From NCBI GenBank assembly GCA_951406725.2, contig OX597826.1, positions 14,012,001-14,076,000 on the forward strand: DNA of 64,000 bases, in the 5' to 3' direction. Source of the DNA: Octopus vulgaris. Lineage: Eukaryota. Positions 63,130 through 64,000 of this stretch are shown one piece after another. The stretch's first letter is position 1. Each line of letters begins with the position of its first letter. The position numbers and the translations under genes were made by a program. Below the pieces are notes generated by a model that was not told the origin of the DNA, ran no database searches, and worked only from the letters and a program-made list of their open reading frames with translations.

Positions 63130-63870
63130 CTTAAAGTATCGGAAAAACCACCTTAAGACACTTGCTCTGGCACTCTACGTCCTGAGTTCAAATCTCATGT
63201 TGGTAAAGCTTTTTAATTCATCCTTTTTGGGGTCAATAAAATAAAGCACCACAGAAGTGCTGGTGTTAATGGTATCGACTAACTTCCATAACTCCGAATT
63301 GCTAGCCTTGTAGGAAGACCAAAAATACGGATATACGTCTTAAATAATGCGTCCGTGATTCACACTTCATAGTGAATTAACAGCCAAACAAAATACCGCA
63401 ACTGCTTACAACGAAATTTTATGTTGAAAGTTGTATAATACACTGTTAAATATACTATAAAATAAGGGTGGAGAGATTACAATCATTAGTATGCTGAAAA
63501 ATATGCTTAGCGGCATTTGGTCCACCTTTACACCCTAAGATCCAATATAGCCGAATGTGACTTTGCCTTTCATCTTATTGAGGTCGCGAGTAGTTGAGTA
63601 CTGGGGTGTATGTCATCAATTTATCCTCTCTCCCGAAATTTCTGGGCTCGTGCCGGAATTTGAAGCAAACATATTGTACAATATGTAGCTTAATATAAAC
63701 TGTTGGGTCGTTGGACTTTACGTTCTGAGCACAAATTCGACTGAGGTCAACTTTGCTTTCATCTTTTCGGGTTCGATAAAATAAGTACCAGTCGAACACT
63801 AACGTCGATGTTCTTGAACTAACCCTCTCCTTCGGAATTAATGGCTTTTTGACAAATTTCGAAACCACTA
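63130..63870 (+). mobile_element. Three decayed Deu/Nin-like SINE copies
   Basis: Degenerate tttcatc..gggtcgataaaataagtaccag core at ~63220, ~63570 and ~63760. Confidence 0.6.
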
Positions 63871-64000
63871 TTAAGTATTCGCGAATGTTTTTCTCAGGAT
63901 CAACCTGAATGTTGGGACAACTTTCCGTATTTATTTTTGGGTTTTTACGTTGTCAGTTAAAATTTCTCTGAAGGTTACACTATTTGTTCACAGCCAAGAA

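Overview
AT-rich, repeat-dense eukaryotic genomic DNA. The SINE families, (TA)n/(CA)n load and RTE/CR1 LINEs suggest a cephalopod, probably Octopus (inference). There are two intron-containing genes on the + strand. The first is a complete AKAP17A/SFRS17A/XE7 splicing-factor gene with 4 coding exons (11880-17916, 484 aa) and a probable ~4.5 kb repeat-poor 3' UTR. The second is the 5' half of phosphoglycerate kinase (PGK), exons 1-5 at 29111-61412, cut by a 100-N assembly gap; its intron 2 is ~19.5 kb. The rest is a mosaic of tRNA-derived SINEs, RTE and CR1 LINE fragments, decayed DNA transposons (Chapaev3-like, hAT, mariner), MITEs, Helentron-type elements, fold-back palindromes and microsatellites. 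The most notable candidates are stop-containing alternative exons/acceptors in AKAP17A, a C4HC3 PHD finger inside an RTE reverse transcriptase, HRE/CRE/ERR-type motifs around PGK exon 1, inverted repeats bracketing PGK exon 4, and a TGT..ACA fold-back element with a 5-bp TSD. No prokaryotic system or CRISPR array is present. All calls were made by eye and repeat boundaries are approximate.
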